Shown piece by piece: positions 25,164 to 37,574 of a stretch of 64,000 nt of DNA; within the stretch, counting starts at the first letter, position 1, and every line of letters starts with the position of its first letter. The notes below the pieces were generated by a model. That model saw nothing but the letters and a program-made list of their open reading frames with translations. It did not search any database and was not told where the DNA came from. Source of the stretch: Methanobacteriota archaeon (GTDB taxonomy: Archaea; Thermoplasmatota; E2; DHVEG-1); NCBI GenBank assembly GCA_963769885.1, contig CAVYNH010000007.1:192001-256000 (forward strand), in the 5' to 3' direction. Position numbers and translations under genes: made by a program.

Positions 25164-26788
25164 TTCACTCCTCCTTTCCTCTGCTGTTCTCGCTCCCGCA
25201 AATCCTTCCTTTTAATTTTCCCACTCTGGGTCTTGGGTAACTCGGTGACGAACTCGATCTCCCGCGGGTACTTGTATGGGGCGGCGACCCGCTTCGCATG
25301 CTCCTGAATCTCGGTGACCAGGGCAGGAGACGCCTTCGAATGGTCCTTTAAAACGACGAAGGATTTGATGATCGTGCCGCGCATCGGGTCCGGGCTGGCG
25401 ACGACCGCGCACTCCAGCACCAGGGGATGGGAGATGACCGCGGACTCGACCTCGAAGGGCGAGATCCGGTAGCCGCTGGCCTTGATGAGGTCGTCGTTGC
25501 GGCCGCTGAACCAGTAGTAGCCGTCTTCGTCCTGGTAGAGGACGTCGCCGCTGAGGAACCAGTCGCCGCGGAAGCACTCCGCGGTCTTCTCCGGCTTGTT
25601 CCAGTACTCCCGGAACAACCCAGGGTCGTCCTTACTTACCGCCAGGATGCCAGTTTCGCCGACCGGGACCGGTTTCCCCTCGTCGTTGACGAGGGCACAG
25701 CGGTGCCCCGGCTGGGGTTTTGCACAGGATCCGGGCTTGATGGGGAGGATCGGCTGGTTTGAGACATAGACCATGATCTCGGTCATGCCGATGCCATCAT
25801 AGATGTCGAGGTTGAAGCGTTCGCGCCATTGCTTGAGGACTTCAGGGTTCAACGGCTCGCCTGCGGAGATGCAGTGTCGTAGCGCGGAAAGGTCGTAGTT
25901 TTTCTCTGCATCTTTGATTGTGAGGAACATCCGATAGGCAGTCGGGACTGAGGCGAGGTTCGTCACCCGGTATTTCTCCAGGAGTCTGAACCAGGCTTCG
26001 GGGTCGAACTTCCCGGCGTAGACGAGGGTCGACAGCCCCCAGCGCCAAACATAGAGGAAGCCGTTGCCGAGGGGGTAGATCCAGTTGAGGTCCCCGGTGT
26101 GGGCGATAATGTCGGTCTCTCTGCCGTCCTGCCAGTAGTGGACGCTGGGGTCATTTCCAATCGCCCAACGGTGCAGGTGGACCGCGCCTTTCGGGTTGCC
26201 CGTGGTCCCCGACGTGTAGCAGAAGAACGCCATGTCCGTGCTCGTCGTCGGCTCAAGGGTGAGGTTCTTGGAGGCGGATTTCACAAGGTCTTGGAACGAC
26301 AGCTCGTCGCCCTTGGGTTCGTCGGTGACAATGATGTGCTTCAATGTCGGGCAGTTCTTTGCGATGGCGTGGACTTCCTTGGCATATTGCGCGGTGGTGA
26401 TCACGGCCTTCGCCTGGCTGTCGTTGAGGCGATACTCCACCTCATGTTCGCGGAACATCACACTCGAAGGAATGGGGACGGCCCCGATTTTGACGCCGCC
26501 GACGAAGGAGATCTGGAACGGCGGGATGTTTGGCAGCCGGATGAGGAACCGGTCGCCCTTCTTGAAACCGAGGCTGCGGAGCGCATTTCCAAACCGATCG
26601 GTGAGGACTTTGAGGTCTCCGAAGGTGAACTGCTCGGTCGCGCCGGCCGCGTTTTCCCAGAACAAGGCGACCTTGTTGCGGTTCGCGGACGCCGCATGCT
26701 TGTCTATGACGTCGGCGCCGAGGTTGTACTGCTTTGGGATTTTCCATTTCCACTGCTTACAGGCCTGAACGTACTCTGACTCCCCCAT
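25160..26788 (-). CDS. Short/medium-chain acyl-CoA synthetase (AMP-forming)
   Basis: YTSGTTGNPKG, SAGEPLN, GMTE, GRNDDLIKASGYRI, LPKTQSGKI. Confidence 0.92.
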   Translation of the reverse strand: MGESEYVQACKQWKWKIPKQYNLGADVIDKHAASANRNKVALFWENAAGATEQFTFGDLKVLTDRFGNALRSLGFKKGDRFLIRLPNIPPFQISFVGGVKIGAVPIPSSVMFREHEVEYRLNDSQAKAVITTAQYAKEVHAIAKNCPTLKHIIVTDEPKGDELSFQDLVKSASKNLTLEPTTSTDMAFFCYTSGTTGNPKGAVHLHRWAIGNDPSVHYWQDGRETDIIAHTGDLNWIYPLGNGFLYVWRWGLSTLVYAGKFDPEAWFRLLEKYRVTNLASVPTAYRMFLTIKDAEKNYDLSALRHCISAGEPLNPEVLKQWRERFNLDIYDGIGMTEIMVYVSNQPILPIKPGSCAKPQPGHRCALVNDEGKPVPVGETGILAVSKDDPGLFREYWNKPEKTAECFRGDWFLSGDVLYQDEDGYYWFSGRNDDLIKASGYRISPFEVESAVISHPLVLECAVVASPDPMRGTIIKSFVVLKDHSKASPALVTEIQEHAKRVAAPYKYPREIEFVTELPKTQSGKIKRKDLREREQQRKGGVK

Positions 26789-26838
26789 AAATTCTACCTC
26801 GTGTATCAAGTTGTGAATTCGTAATCAGGAATCGGCTG

Positions 26839-27978
26839 TTATCCGAGGAGGCTTGAGGCGATGACCATGCGCTGGACTTCCGAGGTGCCTTCGTAGATCT
26901 CGGTGATTTTTGCGTCGCGGAAGAGCCGCTCCACGGTGTACTCCTTGGTGTAGCCGTACCCGCCGTGGATCTGCACGGCGTCGATGACCGCCTGCATTGC
27001 GGTTTCCGAGGCGAACAGCTTCGCCATTGCCGCCTGCTTGCTGATCCGCTCGCCCTTGTCCTTCGCATACGCGGCGTTGTAGACCAAGAGCCTTGCGGCC
27101 TCTATCCTCGTCGCCATGTTCGCGATCATCCACTGGATCGCCTGGAACTTCGCGATGGGCTGGCCGAACTGCTCCCGCTGCTTCGCATACGAGATGCTCT
27201 CATCTAAGGCGGCTTGGGCGATGCCGACCGCCTGACAGGCGATGCCGATCCGGCCCCCGTCTAAGGTGCTTAATGCGATCTTGAACCCGTCGCCCTCTTT
27301 GCCCAGGAGGTTCTCCTTGGGGACCTCCATGTTCTCAAAGATGAGCTCGGAGGTCTGCGAGGCGTGGACTCCGAGTTTTTCGAAGATGCTGCCTACCTTG
27401 TAGCCCTTGAACGTGTTCTCGACGATGAACGCGCTGATGCCCTTCGTCCCGGCGGCATTGTTCGTGATGGCGAATACGATAATGATGCCCGCCTTCGGCC
27501 CGCTGGTGATGAACGTCTTGCTCCCATTCATAATGTAGTGGTTGCCCTGGAGGACCGCGGTGGTCTTCATGGCGCCGAGGTCTGAGCCCGCGTTGGGCTC
27601 GGTGCCTGCGAACGCCCCGATCCGCTCCCCCTTCGCCAACAGCGGGAGGTACTTCTTTTTCTGTGCTTCGTTGCCGTATTTCATGATCGGCCAGGCGGTC
27701 AATGAATTGTGAACAGAAGTTATTACACCAGTTGACGCGCATTTCCGCGAGATCTCCTCGATTACGGTCGCATACGAGATGGTGTCGAGGCCGGCGCCTC
27801 CATATTCAGTCGGAATAATGATTCCAAGAAGCCCAAGACCCGCCATTTTTTCAAGCGTCTTCGTCGGATACTCTTCCGTCTTGTCCAGCTCCGCGGCGAT
27901 CGGCGCAATCTCCTTTTCGGCGAACTCACGGACCATGTTGCGGATCATCTTTTGCTGCTCTGTCAGTTCCAGTTGCAT
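26839..27978 (-). CDS. Acyl-CoA (butyryl-CoA-type) dehydrogenase
   Basis: TEPNAGSD, NGSKTFIT, LDGGRIGIA, QIHGGYGY, IYEGTSEVQR. Confidence 0.95.
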   Translation of the reverse strand: MQLELTEQQKMIRNMVREFAEKEIAPIAAELDKTEEYPTKTLEKMAGLGLLGIIIPTEYGGAGLDTISYATVIEEISRKCASTGVITSVHNSLTAWPIMKYGNEAQKKKYLPLLAKGERIGAFAGTEPNAGSDLGAMKTTAVLQGNHYIMNGSKTFITSGPKAGIIIVFAITNNAAGTKGISAFIVENTFKGYKVGSIFEKLGVHASQTSELIFENMEVPKENLLGKEGDGFKIALSTLDGGRIGIACQAVGIAQAALDESISYAKQREQFGQPIAKFQAIQWMIANMATRIEAARLLVYNAAYAKDKGERISKQAAMAKLFASETAMQAVIDAVQIHGGYGYTKEYTVERLFRDAKITEIYEGTSEVQRMVIASSLLG

Positions 27979-28070
27979 GGCTGAAGGGAATTCGATGAAT
28001 GGACATAAATCTATCGGTGAAAAGACAGGGGAGAAACGCCATAAAATTAGGGATGAAACCGGTCGAAAAC

Positions 28071-28143
28071 AAGCGAGGGTAGGAGAGAGGGCCTATGAAG
28101 ACAAAAGAAGAAGGGGGAAAACCTCTCTCGCCTCCTCACTCTC
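28071..28143 (-). ncRNA. Candidate ~75-nt hairpin sRNA with CU-rich loop (copy A)
   Basis: TATA-like TTTTTAAC (28166-28173, minus) ~26 nt upstream; long stem; loop UCCCCCUUCUUCUUUUGUCUUCAU; followed by GUUUU. Confidence 0.55.
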
Positions 28144-28267
28144 AACATAACAATAACAATACCGCGTTAAAAAAACTTTCCATGAAGAAATTGTAACAAA
28201 AAAATACTCCACAACTCCGGCAACGAAGTTTAATAATCCACACCCGTTTCCTAGGACCAGCAGACCC

Positions 28268-28792
28268 ATGACCATAGACTACGGCTGCATCCATATCTAT
28301 ACCGGCAACGGCAAAGGTAAAACCACCGCCGCCATCGGCCAGGGCATCCGCGCCGTCGGCCACGGCCTCACTGTGTATATGATCCAATTCATGAAAGGAC
28401 GCCGCTACAGCGAACTCAACACCCTCGAAAAAATCCCCGGTTTCACCATTAAACAGTTCGGCCGCGACGAATTCGTCAACAAACAAAAACCAGACCAAAT
28501 CGACATCGACCTCGCCCACCAAGGACTCCACCACGCCACACAAATAATCACTGCAAACAAACACAACCTCGTCATCCTCGACGAAATCAACGTCGCCATC
28601 GACTACCACCTCATCCCCCTCCAAGATGTCCTCGCCCTTCTCGACCACAAACCACCGGCAATGGACCTGATCCTCACCGGCCGCTACGCACCCCCCGAAC
28701 TTATACAGAAAGCGGACCTCGTCAGCGAAATCCTCGAAATCAAACACCCCTACCAAAAAGGCACCCCCTGCCGCCAAGGAATCGACTGGTAA
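28268..28792 (+). CDS. cobO: Cob(I)alamin adenosyltransferase (CobA/BtuR type)
   Basis: [35 protein letters not shown]...GID. Confidence 0.93.
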   Translation: MTIDYGCIHIYTGNGKGKTTAAIGQGIRAVGHGLTVYMIQFMKGRRYSELNTLEKIPGFTIKQFGRDEFVNKQKPDQIDIDLAHQGLHHATQIITANKHNLVILDEINVAIDYHLIPLQDVLALLDHKPPAMDLILTGRYAPPELIQKADLVSEILEIKHPYQKGTPCRQGIDW

Positions 28793-28794
28793 CT

Positions 28795-30417
<1,623 letters not shown>

Positions 30418-30443
30418 AAAAAGAATAAGGAACCACGACCACC

Positions 30444-30839
30444 ATGACAAAAAAGATCCGCGTCCTCATCGCCAAACCCGGCCTCGACGGCCACGACCGC
30501 GGCGCCAAAATCGTCGCCCGAGCACTCAGAGACGCCGGCATGGAAGTCATCTATACCGGCCTCCACCAGACCGCCGAACAAATCGTCGCTAGCGCCATCC
30601 AAGAAGACGTCGACGTCATCGGCCTCAGCCTCCTCTCCGGCGCCCACATGACCCTCTTCCTCGACGTCGCCACCCACATGAAAACCCACCACCTCACCGA
30701 CGTCCTCCTCATCGGCGGCGGCATCATCCCCCAAGAAGATATCCCCGCCCTCAAACAAGCAGGCATCAGCGCCGTCTTCGGCCCCGGCACCCCCGTCGAA
30801 GACATCGTCACCTACATCCAACAACACGTGAAACGATGA
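30444..30839 (+). CDS. Acyl-CoA mutase cobalamin-binding small subunit
   Basis: [12 protein letters not shown] (DxHxxG), SLLSGAH, GGGIIP, FGPGT. Confidence 0.95.
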   Translation: MTKKIRVLIAKPGLDGHDRGAKIVARALRDAGMEVIYTGLHQTAEQIVASAIQEDVDVIGLSLLSGAHMTLFLDVATHMKTHHLTDVLLIGGGIIPQEDIPALKQAGISAVFGPGTPVEDIVTYIQQHVKR

Positions 30840-31774
30840 CCGACCTCACTACCAACATCCTCAAGGCAGACCACCGATCCATCGCCCGCCTCATCACCCT
30901 TGTAGAAAACGAAGACCCAACAGCAATCACCACACTGAAAAACCTCTACAAACACACAGGAAAAGCCCACGTCATCGGCGTCACCGGTGTCATGGGCAGC
31001 GGCAAAAGCAGCCTCCTCCTCGAACTCACCACCGCCTACCGACGCCAAAGCAAAAAAATCGGAATCATCGCCATCGACCCCACCAGCCCCTTCAGCGGCG
31101 GCGCACTCCTCGGCGACCGCATCCGCATGACCGAGCTGTCCACCGACCCCGGCGTCTTCATCCGCAGCATGGGTACCCGCGGCGCCCTCGGCGGCCTCAC
31201 CACCGCCGTCTACGACGTCGTCGACATCCTCGACGCCGCCGGCATGGACATCATCCTTATCGAAACCGTCGGCGTCGGCCAAGACGAAGTCGAAATCATC
31301 AAAGTCGCGGACACCACCATCGTCGTCACCGTCCCCGGACTCGGCGACGCCATCCAGACCATCAAAGCCGGCCTCATGGAGATCGCCGACATCTTCGTCG
31401 TCAACAAAGCAGACAAGCCTGGCATTGAACAGACCATCGCCGAACTCCAGTCCATGGTCGACCTCACCGAAGACCGCGACTGGAAACCACCAATCATCCC
31501 CACCTCCGCCAAAGAAAAAAAAGGAATACCCGACCTCATCGAACACATCACAGCCCACGACGAGTACCTCCACAGCAGCGACCTCTTCCAAGAACGGCGA
31601 CGTAGCCGCTACGAAACCGAGCTTATTGACCTTCTCAGAAAACGTATCATCAGTTACGTCCTGGACGACAAAAAACTCAAGGCTCAGGTCGACGACTGCC
31701 TCAAAAAAATCAGCCTCCGAGAACTCGACCCGTACACCGCCGCAGACGAAATCCTCAACGCCCTTTTGCAATAA
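30836..31774 (+). CDS. meaB: MeaB/ArgK-type GTPase chaperone of the mutase
   Basis: [38 protein letters not shown]. Confidence 0.95.
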   Translation: MTDLTTNILKADHRSIARLITLVENEDPTAITTLKNLYKHTGKAHVIGVTGVMGSGKSSLLLELTTAYRRQSKKIGIIAIDPTSPFSGGALLGDRIRMTELSTDPGVFIRSMGTRGALGGLTTAVYDVVDILDAAGMDIILIETVGVGQDEVEIIKVADTTIVVTVPGLGDAIQTIKAGLMEIADIFVVNKADKPGIEQTIAELQSMVDLTEDRDWKPPIIPTSAKEKKGIPDLIEHITAHDEYLHSSDLFQERRRSRYETELIDLLRKRIISYVLDDKKLKAQVDDCLKKISLRELDPYTAADEILNALLQ

Positions 31775-31789
31775 AAAAGGGGAGGGGGC

Positions 31790-32569
31790 TTACTGCCCCG
31801 AGAACTTCGCCGGCCGTTTCTCCAGGAACGCGCTCATGCCCTCCTGCTGGTCATGGGACATGAAGCTGGCGGCAAACGACGCAATCTCCAAGTCGGAAGC
31901 AACCGAGAGCGCCACATCACGGCCGCGATTCACTAAGGCCTTGATATACGAAATCTGCAGGGGGGATTTCTCCGAAATCTGCGCCGCGAGAACCCCGGCT
32001 TCTTCCATGAGCTTCTCGGGAGGAACGACCCGGTTTATTAGGCCGATGCGGCAAGCCTCTTCCGCCGTGACTGGCGCGCCGGTCATGAGCAGTTCTTTCG
32101 CCTTCGCCGCGCCGACGAGCCGAGGGAGGCGCTGGGTGCCGCCGAACCCCGGGTGAATCCCAAGGTTGATCTCCGGCTGCCCGATTTTCGCAGCGGTTGA
32201 AGCCACAACGATGTCGCAGGCCATGAGGACCTCGCATCCCCCGCCGAGAGCGAATCCGTTCACCGCGGCAATGACCGCCAGTCGATTGGCCTCGAGACGG
32301 CGCATCACGCGGTGTCCCAACTCCCCGAATTCACGGGCCTGTACCGGGGTCATCGCCTTCATCTGGCTGATGTCCGCCCCGGCGATGAACGCCTTGCCCT
32401 CACCAGTGAGGATCAAGACTCTGATATTCACGTCAGCTTCGAGAGCGGTAATCGCCTCTTCAAGCTCCTTGAGTGTTTCGATATTGAGGGCGTTGAGGAC
32501 CTGGGGGCGGTGGAAGGTGATAGTCGCAACTTTGCCTGAGGTGGTGACGAGTAGGTTCTTGTAATCCAT
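31790..32569 (-). CDS. crt: Enoyl-CoA hydratase (crotonase)
   Basis: AFIAGADI, NGFALGGGCE, GQPEINLGIHPGFGGTQRL. Confidence 0.93.
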   Translation of the reverse strand: MDYKNLLVTTSGKVATITFHRPQVLNALNIETLKELEEAITALEADVNIRVLILTGEGKAFIAGADISQMKAMTPVQAREFGELGHRVMRRLEANRLAVIAAVNGFALGGGCEVLMACDIVVASTAAKIGQPEINLGIHPGFGGTQRLPRLVGAAKAKELLMTGAPVTAEEACRIGLINRVVPPEKLMEEAGVLAAQISEKSPLQISYIKALVNRGRDVALSVASDLEIASFAASFMSHDQQEGMSAFLEKRPAKFSGQ

Positions 32570-32574
32570 ATGGC

Positions 32575-33435
32575 TCACCCCTTCTTTGGGTAGTCGTAAA
32601 ATCCTTTCCCGGTCTTTCGTCCGAGGTAGCCTGCCTGCACCATCTTTTTTAGGAGTGGGCAAGGGCGGTACTTGGAGTCATTGAACCCGGTATATAGGAC
32701 GGTCATGATGCTGAGCGCGGTATCGAGGCCGATTAAGTCTGCAAGCTCAAGTGGGCCCATGGGGTGGTTCATGCCGAGTTTCATGACGCCGTCAATGGCC
32801 TCGACGCTAGCGGTGCCGTCTTGGACGCAGAAAATCGCCTCGTTGATCATCATGAACAGCACGCGGTTGGAGACGAACCCGGGCCCGTCGTTGACCTCGA
32901 TAGGGATCTTGTCCAGCTTCGTAGACAGCTCGATGACGGCCTGCGCAGTTGGCTGTGAGGTGCGTAGGCCGCGGATGACCTCGACGAGCTTCATGAGCGG
33001 CACGGGGTTCATGAAGTGCATGCCGATGAACTGTTCCGGGCGTTTCGTCGACGAGGCGAGGTCCGTAATCGGGATTGTCGATGTGTTGGAGGCGAGGATG
33101 GCCTCCTTCTTGCAGATGTGGTCGAGCTTCGCAAACAGCTCTTTTTTCACGGTCGGGTTCTCGACGATGGCTTCAATGACCAAGTCGCAGTCCGCGAACC
33201 GCTCCAGCGCAGTCGTCGTCCCGATCTTGGCAAGCAGCGCGGTCTTCTGCTCCGCTGTCATCTTGCCTTTCTCCACACTCTTGTCGCAGAACCGCTCGAT
33301 TGCAGCGTGTCCTTTCTTCACGAGGTCCTCGGTAAGGTCCTGCAGGACGACGTCGTAGCCATGGTGCGCGCAGACCAGGGCGATGCCATGGCCCATGGTC
33401 CCGGCGCCGACGACTCCAATCTTCTTCATGGTCAC
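32575..33435 (-). CDS. hbd: 3-hydroxybutyryl-CoA dehydrogenase
   Basis: [34 protein letters not shown]. Confidence 0.95.
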   Translation of the reverse strand: MTMKKIGVVGAGTMGHGIALVCAHHGYDVVLQDLTEDLVKKGHAAIERFCDKSVEKGKMTAEQKTALLAKIGTTTALERFADCDLVIEAIVENPTVKKELFAKLDHICKKEAILASNTSTIPITDLASSTKRPEQFIGMHFMNPVPLMKLVEVIRGLRTSQPTAQAVIELSTKLDKIPIEVNDGPGFVSNRVLFMMINEAIFCVQDGTASVEAIDGVMKLGMNHPMGPLELADLIGLDTALSIMTVLYTGFNDSKYRPCPLLKKMVQAGYLGRKTGKGFYDYPKKG

Positions 33436-34610
33436 CTCTCCACCACGAAGGAAACTGCGTGACCGCCGCCCAGGCAGATCGTGGCGAGCCCACGGTGCTT
33501 GTTCAGCCGTTTCATGTTATGCAAGAGGGTGACGAGGATGCGTGAGCCGCTGCTGCCGATGGGATGCCCCAGGGCGATGGCGCCGCCGTTGATGTTGAAG
33601 ATCTCCCGGGGGATGCCCAATTCTTTGATTAGCGCCACCGACGCAGAGGAGAACGCCTCGTTGTGCTCCACGAGGTCGAAATCAGCGATTTTCAGATGCA
33701 TCTTGCTCAGAAGCGCCCGGACACCGGGAATCGGGGCCTCCATGACCAGCTCCGGCCGGACGCCATAAGTCCCATAGCCAGCGATCCGCGCGAGGGGCTC
33801 CAGGCCGAGGCTGTCCGCCTTCTTTTTGCTCATGACGACGACCGCGGAGGCGCCGTCCGTGATCTGCGAGGCGTTCCCCGCGGTGATCACGCCGCCCTCT
33901 TTGAAGAAGGGCTTCAGCTTCCCCAAGCTCTCGGCCGTGGTGTCCTTGCGGATACCTTCGTCCTTGCTAAACACAACGGGCTCGCCTTTTTTCTGCGGGA
34001 TGGTGATGGGAATGATTTCGTCTTTGAACGCGCCGGACTCGGTCGCCCGGGCAGCCTTTTGATGGCTCTCTGCGGAGATTTGGTCGCAGTCCTGCCTCGA
34101 GATATGGTACTTCTCCGCGACGATCTCCCCGGTCATGCCCATGTGGAAATTGTTGTAAGCGTCCCAGAGGCCGTCGTGGACCATGGCATCGATGACCTTG
34201 CCGTCGAAGATGCGGTACCCGAACCGGGCCTTGTCCAGGATGAATGGCGCGTTGGTCATGCTTTCCATGCCGCCGGCCACTAAGCAGTCGGCGTCCCCGC
34301 ATTTGATCGCCTGGGCGGCGAGGACCACGGCTTTCAATGATGACCCGCACACCTTGTCCACGTGCAGGCACCCGACTTCGTAGGGCATCTGCGCGGCGAC
34401 CGCGGCCTGTCTGGCGACGTTCTGCCCGAGGCCTGCGGAGACCACGTTTCCCATGATAATCTCATTGACTTCTTGAGGGCTGACACCGGCTTTTTTCACT
34501 GCTTCTTTGATGACGATGCCGCCGAGCTGAGGGGCGGAGAATTCCTTGAGTGTCCCGTCGAATTTCCCCTGGGCTGTGCGGACTGCTGCGACGATTACCG
34601 CTTCGTTCAT
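33432..34610 (-). CDS. Acetyl-CoA acetyltransferase (thiolase)
   Basis: [34 protein letters not shown]. Confidence 0.95.
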   Translation of the reverse strand: MNEAVIVAAVRTAQGKFDGTLKEFSAPQLGGIVIKEAVKKAGVSPQEVNEIIMGNVVSAGLGQNVARQAAVAAQMPYEVGCLHVDKVCGSSLKAVVLAAQAIKCGDADCLVAGGMESMTNAPFILDKARFGYRIFDGKVIDAMVHDGLWDAYNNFHMGMTGEIVAEKYHISRQDCDQISAESHQKAARATESGAFKDEIIPITIPQKKGEPVVFSKDEGIRKDTTAESLGKLKPFFKEGGVITAGNASQITDGASAVVVMSKKKADSLGLEPLARIAGYGTYGVRPELVMEAPIPGVRALLSKMHLKIADFDLVEHNEAFSSASVALIKELGIPREIFNINGGAIALGHPIGSSGSRILVTLLHNMKRLNKHRGLATICLGGGHAVSFVVER

Positions 34611-34687
34611 AACTTCACATGCCTCCTCCGTTGACAAAGGCATGCAAGCTATCGCCAAACAATTTAAATCACTTTCCGAAAATAACG

Positions 34688-34788
34688 GAGAATATCCGGT
34701 TGTGGAAGAAGGAAGGGGGAATTTGTAAGGGGGATAATATGAAGAGCAAAAGAAGCATCCCTTCCTCCTCTCCTCCCGGACACTTCTC
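34688..34788 (-). ncRNA. Candidate ~100-nt hairpin sRNA with CU-rich loop (copy B)
   Basis: Stems GAGAAGUGUCCGG/CCGGAUAUUCUC and GGAGGAAGGG/CCCUUCCUUC; loop contains CUUCUUUUGCUCUUCAUA and UCCCCCUU, shared with copy A; U-tract downstream. Confidence 0.55.
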
Positions 34789-34900
34789 TACTTTAGCTTG
34801 ACAAGCCCTTCAATACATATCCATATTTGCTATTTGTTAGCATGCAGTATGCAGTTTCTCTTTATAAATTTTACCTTCAGGGAACCTTCAACACAGGTCG

Positions 34901-35257
34901 CTATTTTTCCTCCAAATACGTGGCGATGGCTGGTGAGAGCCTGAGTCTTTTTCTCCCGGTCGTGCTCTGAAGCGTTAGAATATCTGATTTGAGAAGCTCG
35001 GTGATGATCCGGTATTTCGTCATGTGGCTGAGGGCGGGATCCATGCCGAGGCGATGCGCGAGGGCGTCCGTGCTTCGGATCACCCCCTCTATGCTGCGGC
35101 TCAAGGCGGTTTTATGTCGGAAGAACACGATGGTGGCGAGGCTGGCATACGTGTAGGATTTCATCTGGATCCCCCAGGCCTGTATCCCATATTTGATATT
35201 AATACTGGCAGGGCTCGACGCCCTGCCAATTTTGTTTGGATCGTTGATTTCGGTCAC
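34901..35257 (-). CDS. Hypothetical protein, possibly winged-helix
   Basis: LAHRLGM....TKYRIITELLKSDIL...G.K.L.L pattern; start uncertain (may be ATG 35164). Confidence 0.5.
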   Translation of the reverse strand: MTEINDPNKIGRASSPASINIKYGIQAWGIQMKSYTYASLATIVFFRHKTALSRSIEGVIRSTDALAHRLGMDPALSHMTKYRIITELLKSDILTLQSTTGRKRLRLSPAIATYLEEK

Positions 35258-35426
35258 CTTGAAGGTACGGATTGTGGACCGTACGATGTTTGCCTGTAGG
35301 TCTTGCCACCGTCTCCAAGGATCCTCCCCTTACAGTGCTACGAAGCGGCTTTCCTAGCTGATGCACATATTCATTGAATTCGAGGGGAAAAATGGTTAAG
35401 AACCCTTCAATCCTTGCGGAAGACGC

Positions 35427-36302
35427 ATGAAGATCGATGCACAGTGCGTCCCCTGCCTGCTAAAACGGGTGCTGTTCGAAACCGGACTGGCCTCGTCCTC
35501 GGACTCAAAGAAGACCAAGGCGGTGAAAGAGGCTTGCCGCGCACTCTCCCTGCATTACGATTCACGAGGCTGCAGCGCCGCCATCGCGACCGCCGTCCAC
35601 CGCGCCGTCTACGATGCCCTCGGCACGACGGATCCATACTATGACCTCAAGCGCCGCAGCACCAGAGAAGCGATGGGTCTCATGCCGACCGTGGAACGCC
35701 TCCTCAATGAGTCGGCAGACCGTATGAAGACAAGTCTGCTCTGCGCCGGAATCGCCAATATGCTTGATTTCGGGATAGAAGGCGCCGAGGCTACCCCTGA
35801 GCAGCTCTCTCAGGTCTTCACCCGCCTCTACCAAGAGGGGTTCGGTCATGACGATTCACCGCTCCTGAAGCAGCTGCTGAGTCGGTCGCGACGGCTGGTG
35901 TTCTTTGCCGATAACTGCGGGGAGCATGTCTTTGACAAAGTCCTCTGCCGCGAACTGCGCCGGGCCTATCCGGACCTCTCCATAACTCTGGTGGTCAAGG
36001 GCGTCCCGATCCTGAGTGATGCGACGCTGGAGGACGCCGCTGCCGTCGGCTTCTCAGAGGTCGTCTCGTCGGTTCTGACGACAGAGGCGTTCGCCGTCGG
36101 GGTCCCTGTCCCCCTGCCGAAAATCGTGGCGTCGGCGGTCGCTGGTGCAGACCTCGTGCTCTCCAAGGGGATGGCGAACTACGAGTCGCTGTCGGAGACT
36201 TCCATCCGGCCGATAGCGCACCTGCTGCGCACCAAATGCGCGCCGATCGCCGCTTCCCTAGGGCTTCCGGCCCACATCAGCGTCCTCAAAGTCTACGACT
36301 AG
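35427..36302 (+). CDS. ARMT1/DUF89 damage-control phosphatase
   Basis: CVPC, DPY..LK, ANMLDFG, DNCGE, SKGMANYESL, KC.PIA. Confidence 0.9.
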   Translation: MKIDAQCVPCLLKRVLFETGLASSSDSKKTKAVKEACRALSLHYDSRGCSAAIATAVHRAVYDALGTTDPYYDLKRRSTREAMGLMPTVERLLNESADRMKTSLLCAGIANMLDFGIEGAEATPEQLSQVFTRLYQEGFGHDDSPLLKQLLSRSRRLVFFADNCGEHVFDKVLCRELRRAYPDLSITLVVKGVPILSDATLEDAAAVGFSEVVSSVLTTEAFAVGVPVPLPKIVASAVAGADLVLSKGMANYESLSETSIRPIAHLLRTKCAPIAASLGLPAHISVLKVYD

Positions 36303-36421
36303 CCATCCTTGCAGCACATTGTATCTGATGACGTTTTAGCCCTCTCCTTATAAAAATAATATTATTTGAATAATAAAATTTAAATATTAAATAATGTATA
36401 ATTATATAATAGAGGGTTTCT

Positions 36422-36553
36422 ATGAACGAAACTGCTGTCCAAAACCTCTATCGCGATGCGCTCTCCGTCCATCTTCGAGGCATGGGACTCCCAGACTACA
36501 TCGCAGACTTCGAAGCAAACCGCATTCTGCGCCGCTGGCTCAAACTCGACTAA
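36422..36553 (+). CDS. Small protein (43 aa, MNETAVQNLYRDALSVHLRGMGLPDYIADFEANRILRRWLKLD)
   Basis: Read manually; host-like codon usage; preceded by AGAGGG and a very AT-rich promoter region. Confidence 0.55.
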   Translation: MNETAVQNLYRDALSVHLRGMGLPDYIADFEANRILRRWLKLD

Positions 36554-36607
36554 CCGCCACACAACAAAGCAGCCGCTCTTCTTTTCGAAAAAAAACACTT
36601 CTTGAGA

Positions 36608-36682
36608 ATGGGAGAAGGATCTGGAGGGGTAGGGGTTAGGAGAGATGGAAGGGAGAAGGAACGGAAATTCCAGATCCTCCAT
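36608..36682 (-). ncRNA. Candidate ~75-nt hairpin sRNA with CU-rich loop (copy C)
   Basis: TTTTATAT TATA (36705-36712, minus); perfect 10-bp stem AGGAUCUGGA/UCCAGAUCCU; ~43-nt pyrimidine loop; U-tract at ~36588-36595. Confidence 0.55.
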
Positions 36683-36743
36683 GTTATACTTTACTACTCA
36701 AACTATATAAAACTTACGAGAAAAACCGCCACAACCCGCCAAA

Positions 36744-37253
36744 TCACCGCCGCCCCTCACACCAAGAAAACGCCTGCTCCACCGCCTCCGCCGCGGACCC
36801 AGCAACTGAAAACCGACAGCCACACGACGACAGCGTCTGACTCGTCACCACATCATCCACACACCCCCCCGACCCCCGCACCAACACTAGCGGCCGACCG
36901 AAGATCTGCGCAAACGAAATCTCATTCAACGTCCCCCACCGACCATTCACCGCAATCACCACATCCGCCGCATAGACAATCAGCATGTTCCGTCGCGTCC
37001 CCAGGCCAGTCGCCAAGGGCACATCCACCCACGCATTCGCCTCATCCTTAGACTCCGGCAACACCCCAACCGTCAAACCACCGCCTGCCTTCGCGCCTTT
37101 GCAGACAGCCTCCATGACCCCACCGCGACCACCGCAGACCACGATGCCACCCCGCGCCGCAATCAACCGACCAATCTCTTCAGCCGTCTGCAACGTCGAC
37201 GACGCCAACTCCTCACACGTATCGCTCCCGCAGACCGCAATCAGCCACGGCAT
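36744..37253 (-). CDS. TIGR00725/LOG-family nucleotide-binding protein
   Basis: CGGRGGVMEA..KGA...GG.TVGVLP, ANAWVD, RN, GTLNEI. Confidence 0.88.
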   Translation of the reverse strand: MPWLIAVCGSDTCEELASSTLQTAEEIGRLIAARGGIVVCGGRGGVMEAVCKGAKAGGGLTVGVLPESKDEANAWVDVPLATGLGTRRNMLIVYAADVVIAVNGRWGTLNEISFAQIFGRPLVLVRGSGGCVDDVVTSQTLSSCGCRFSVAGSAAEAVEQAFSWCEGRR

Positions 37254-37305
37254 ACAACCGACGGCAACCCACCGAGGGCTATATATGATTTCCGTTTAAG
37301 AAAAA

Positions 37306-37510
37306 CCGATGCCCGACCGTGCCAACCACCTCACCACCTCAAGGTCTTGAGCGAGCCGCACGAGGCCTGCCGCCCGCTTTAGGAATTCACATCAGAGATT
37401 GACACGGCGCATCGATTCCCAAGCCCGATGTCCACCGACAGGATAAGGAGCGTCGGCCGGCCGCAAGAGCTAGCAATAAAGTTGAGGACACCGCAGCCAT
37501 GGCATCAGGC
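37306..37510 (-). ncRNA. Candidate ~205-nt structured ncRNA
   Basis: TTTAAGTC TATA at 37533-37540 (minus); long closing stem joining the 5' and 3' ends; internal hairpins; T-tract at 37301-37305; no plausible ORF. Confidence 0.5.
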
Positions 37511-37574
37511 ACACACCCAACAACGGCAGGTAGACTTAAACGACTTATGGAGCGGTTTTTTGACCCCCGCCCGC

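Noticed and set aside
36380-36682. 100-aa minus-strand ORF MEDLEFPFLLPS...
   Set aside because: Low-complexity product running through a hairpin, a T-tract and antisense to a better small ORF; treated as non-coding, although the ATG at the predicted start site means a leaderless peptide cannot be fully excluded.
37306-37510. Identification as SRP RNA or RNase P RNA
   Set aside because: No SRP helix-8 motif and no RNase P P4 consensus on either strand; shorter than typical archaeal versions.
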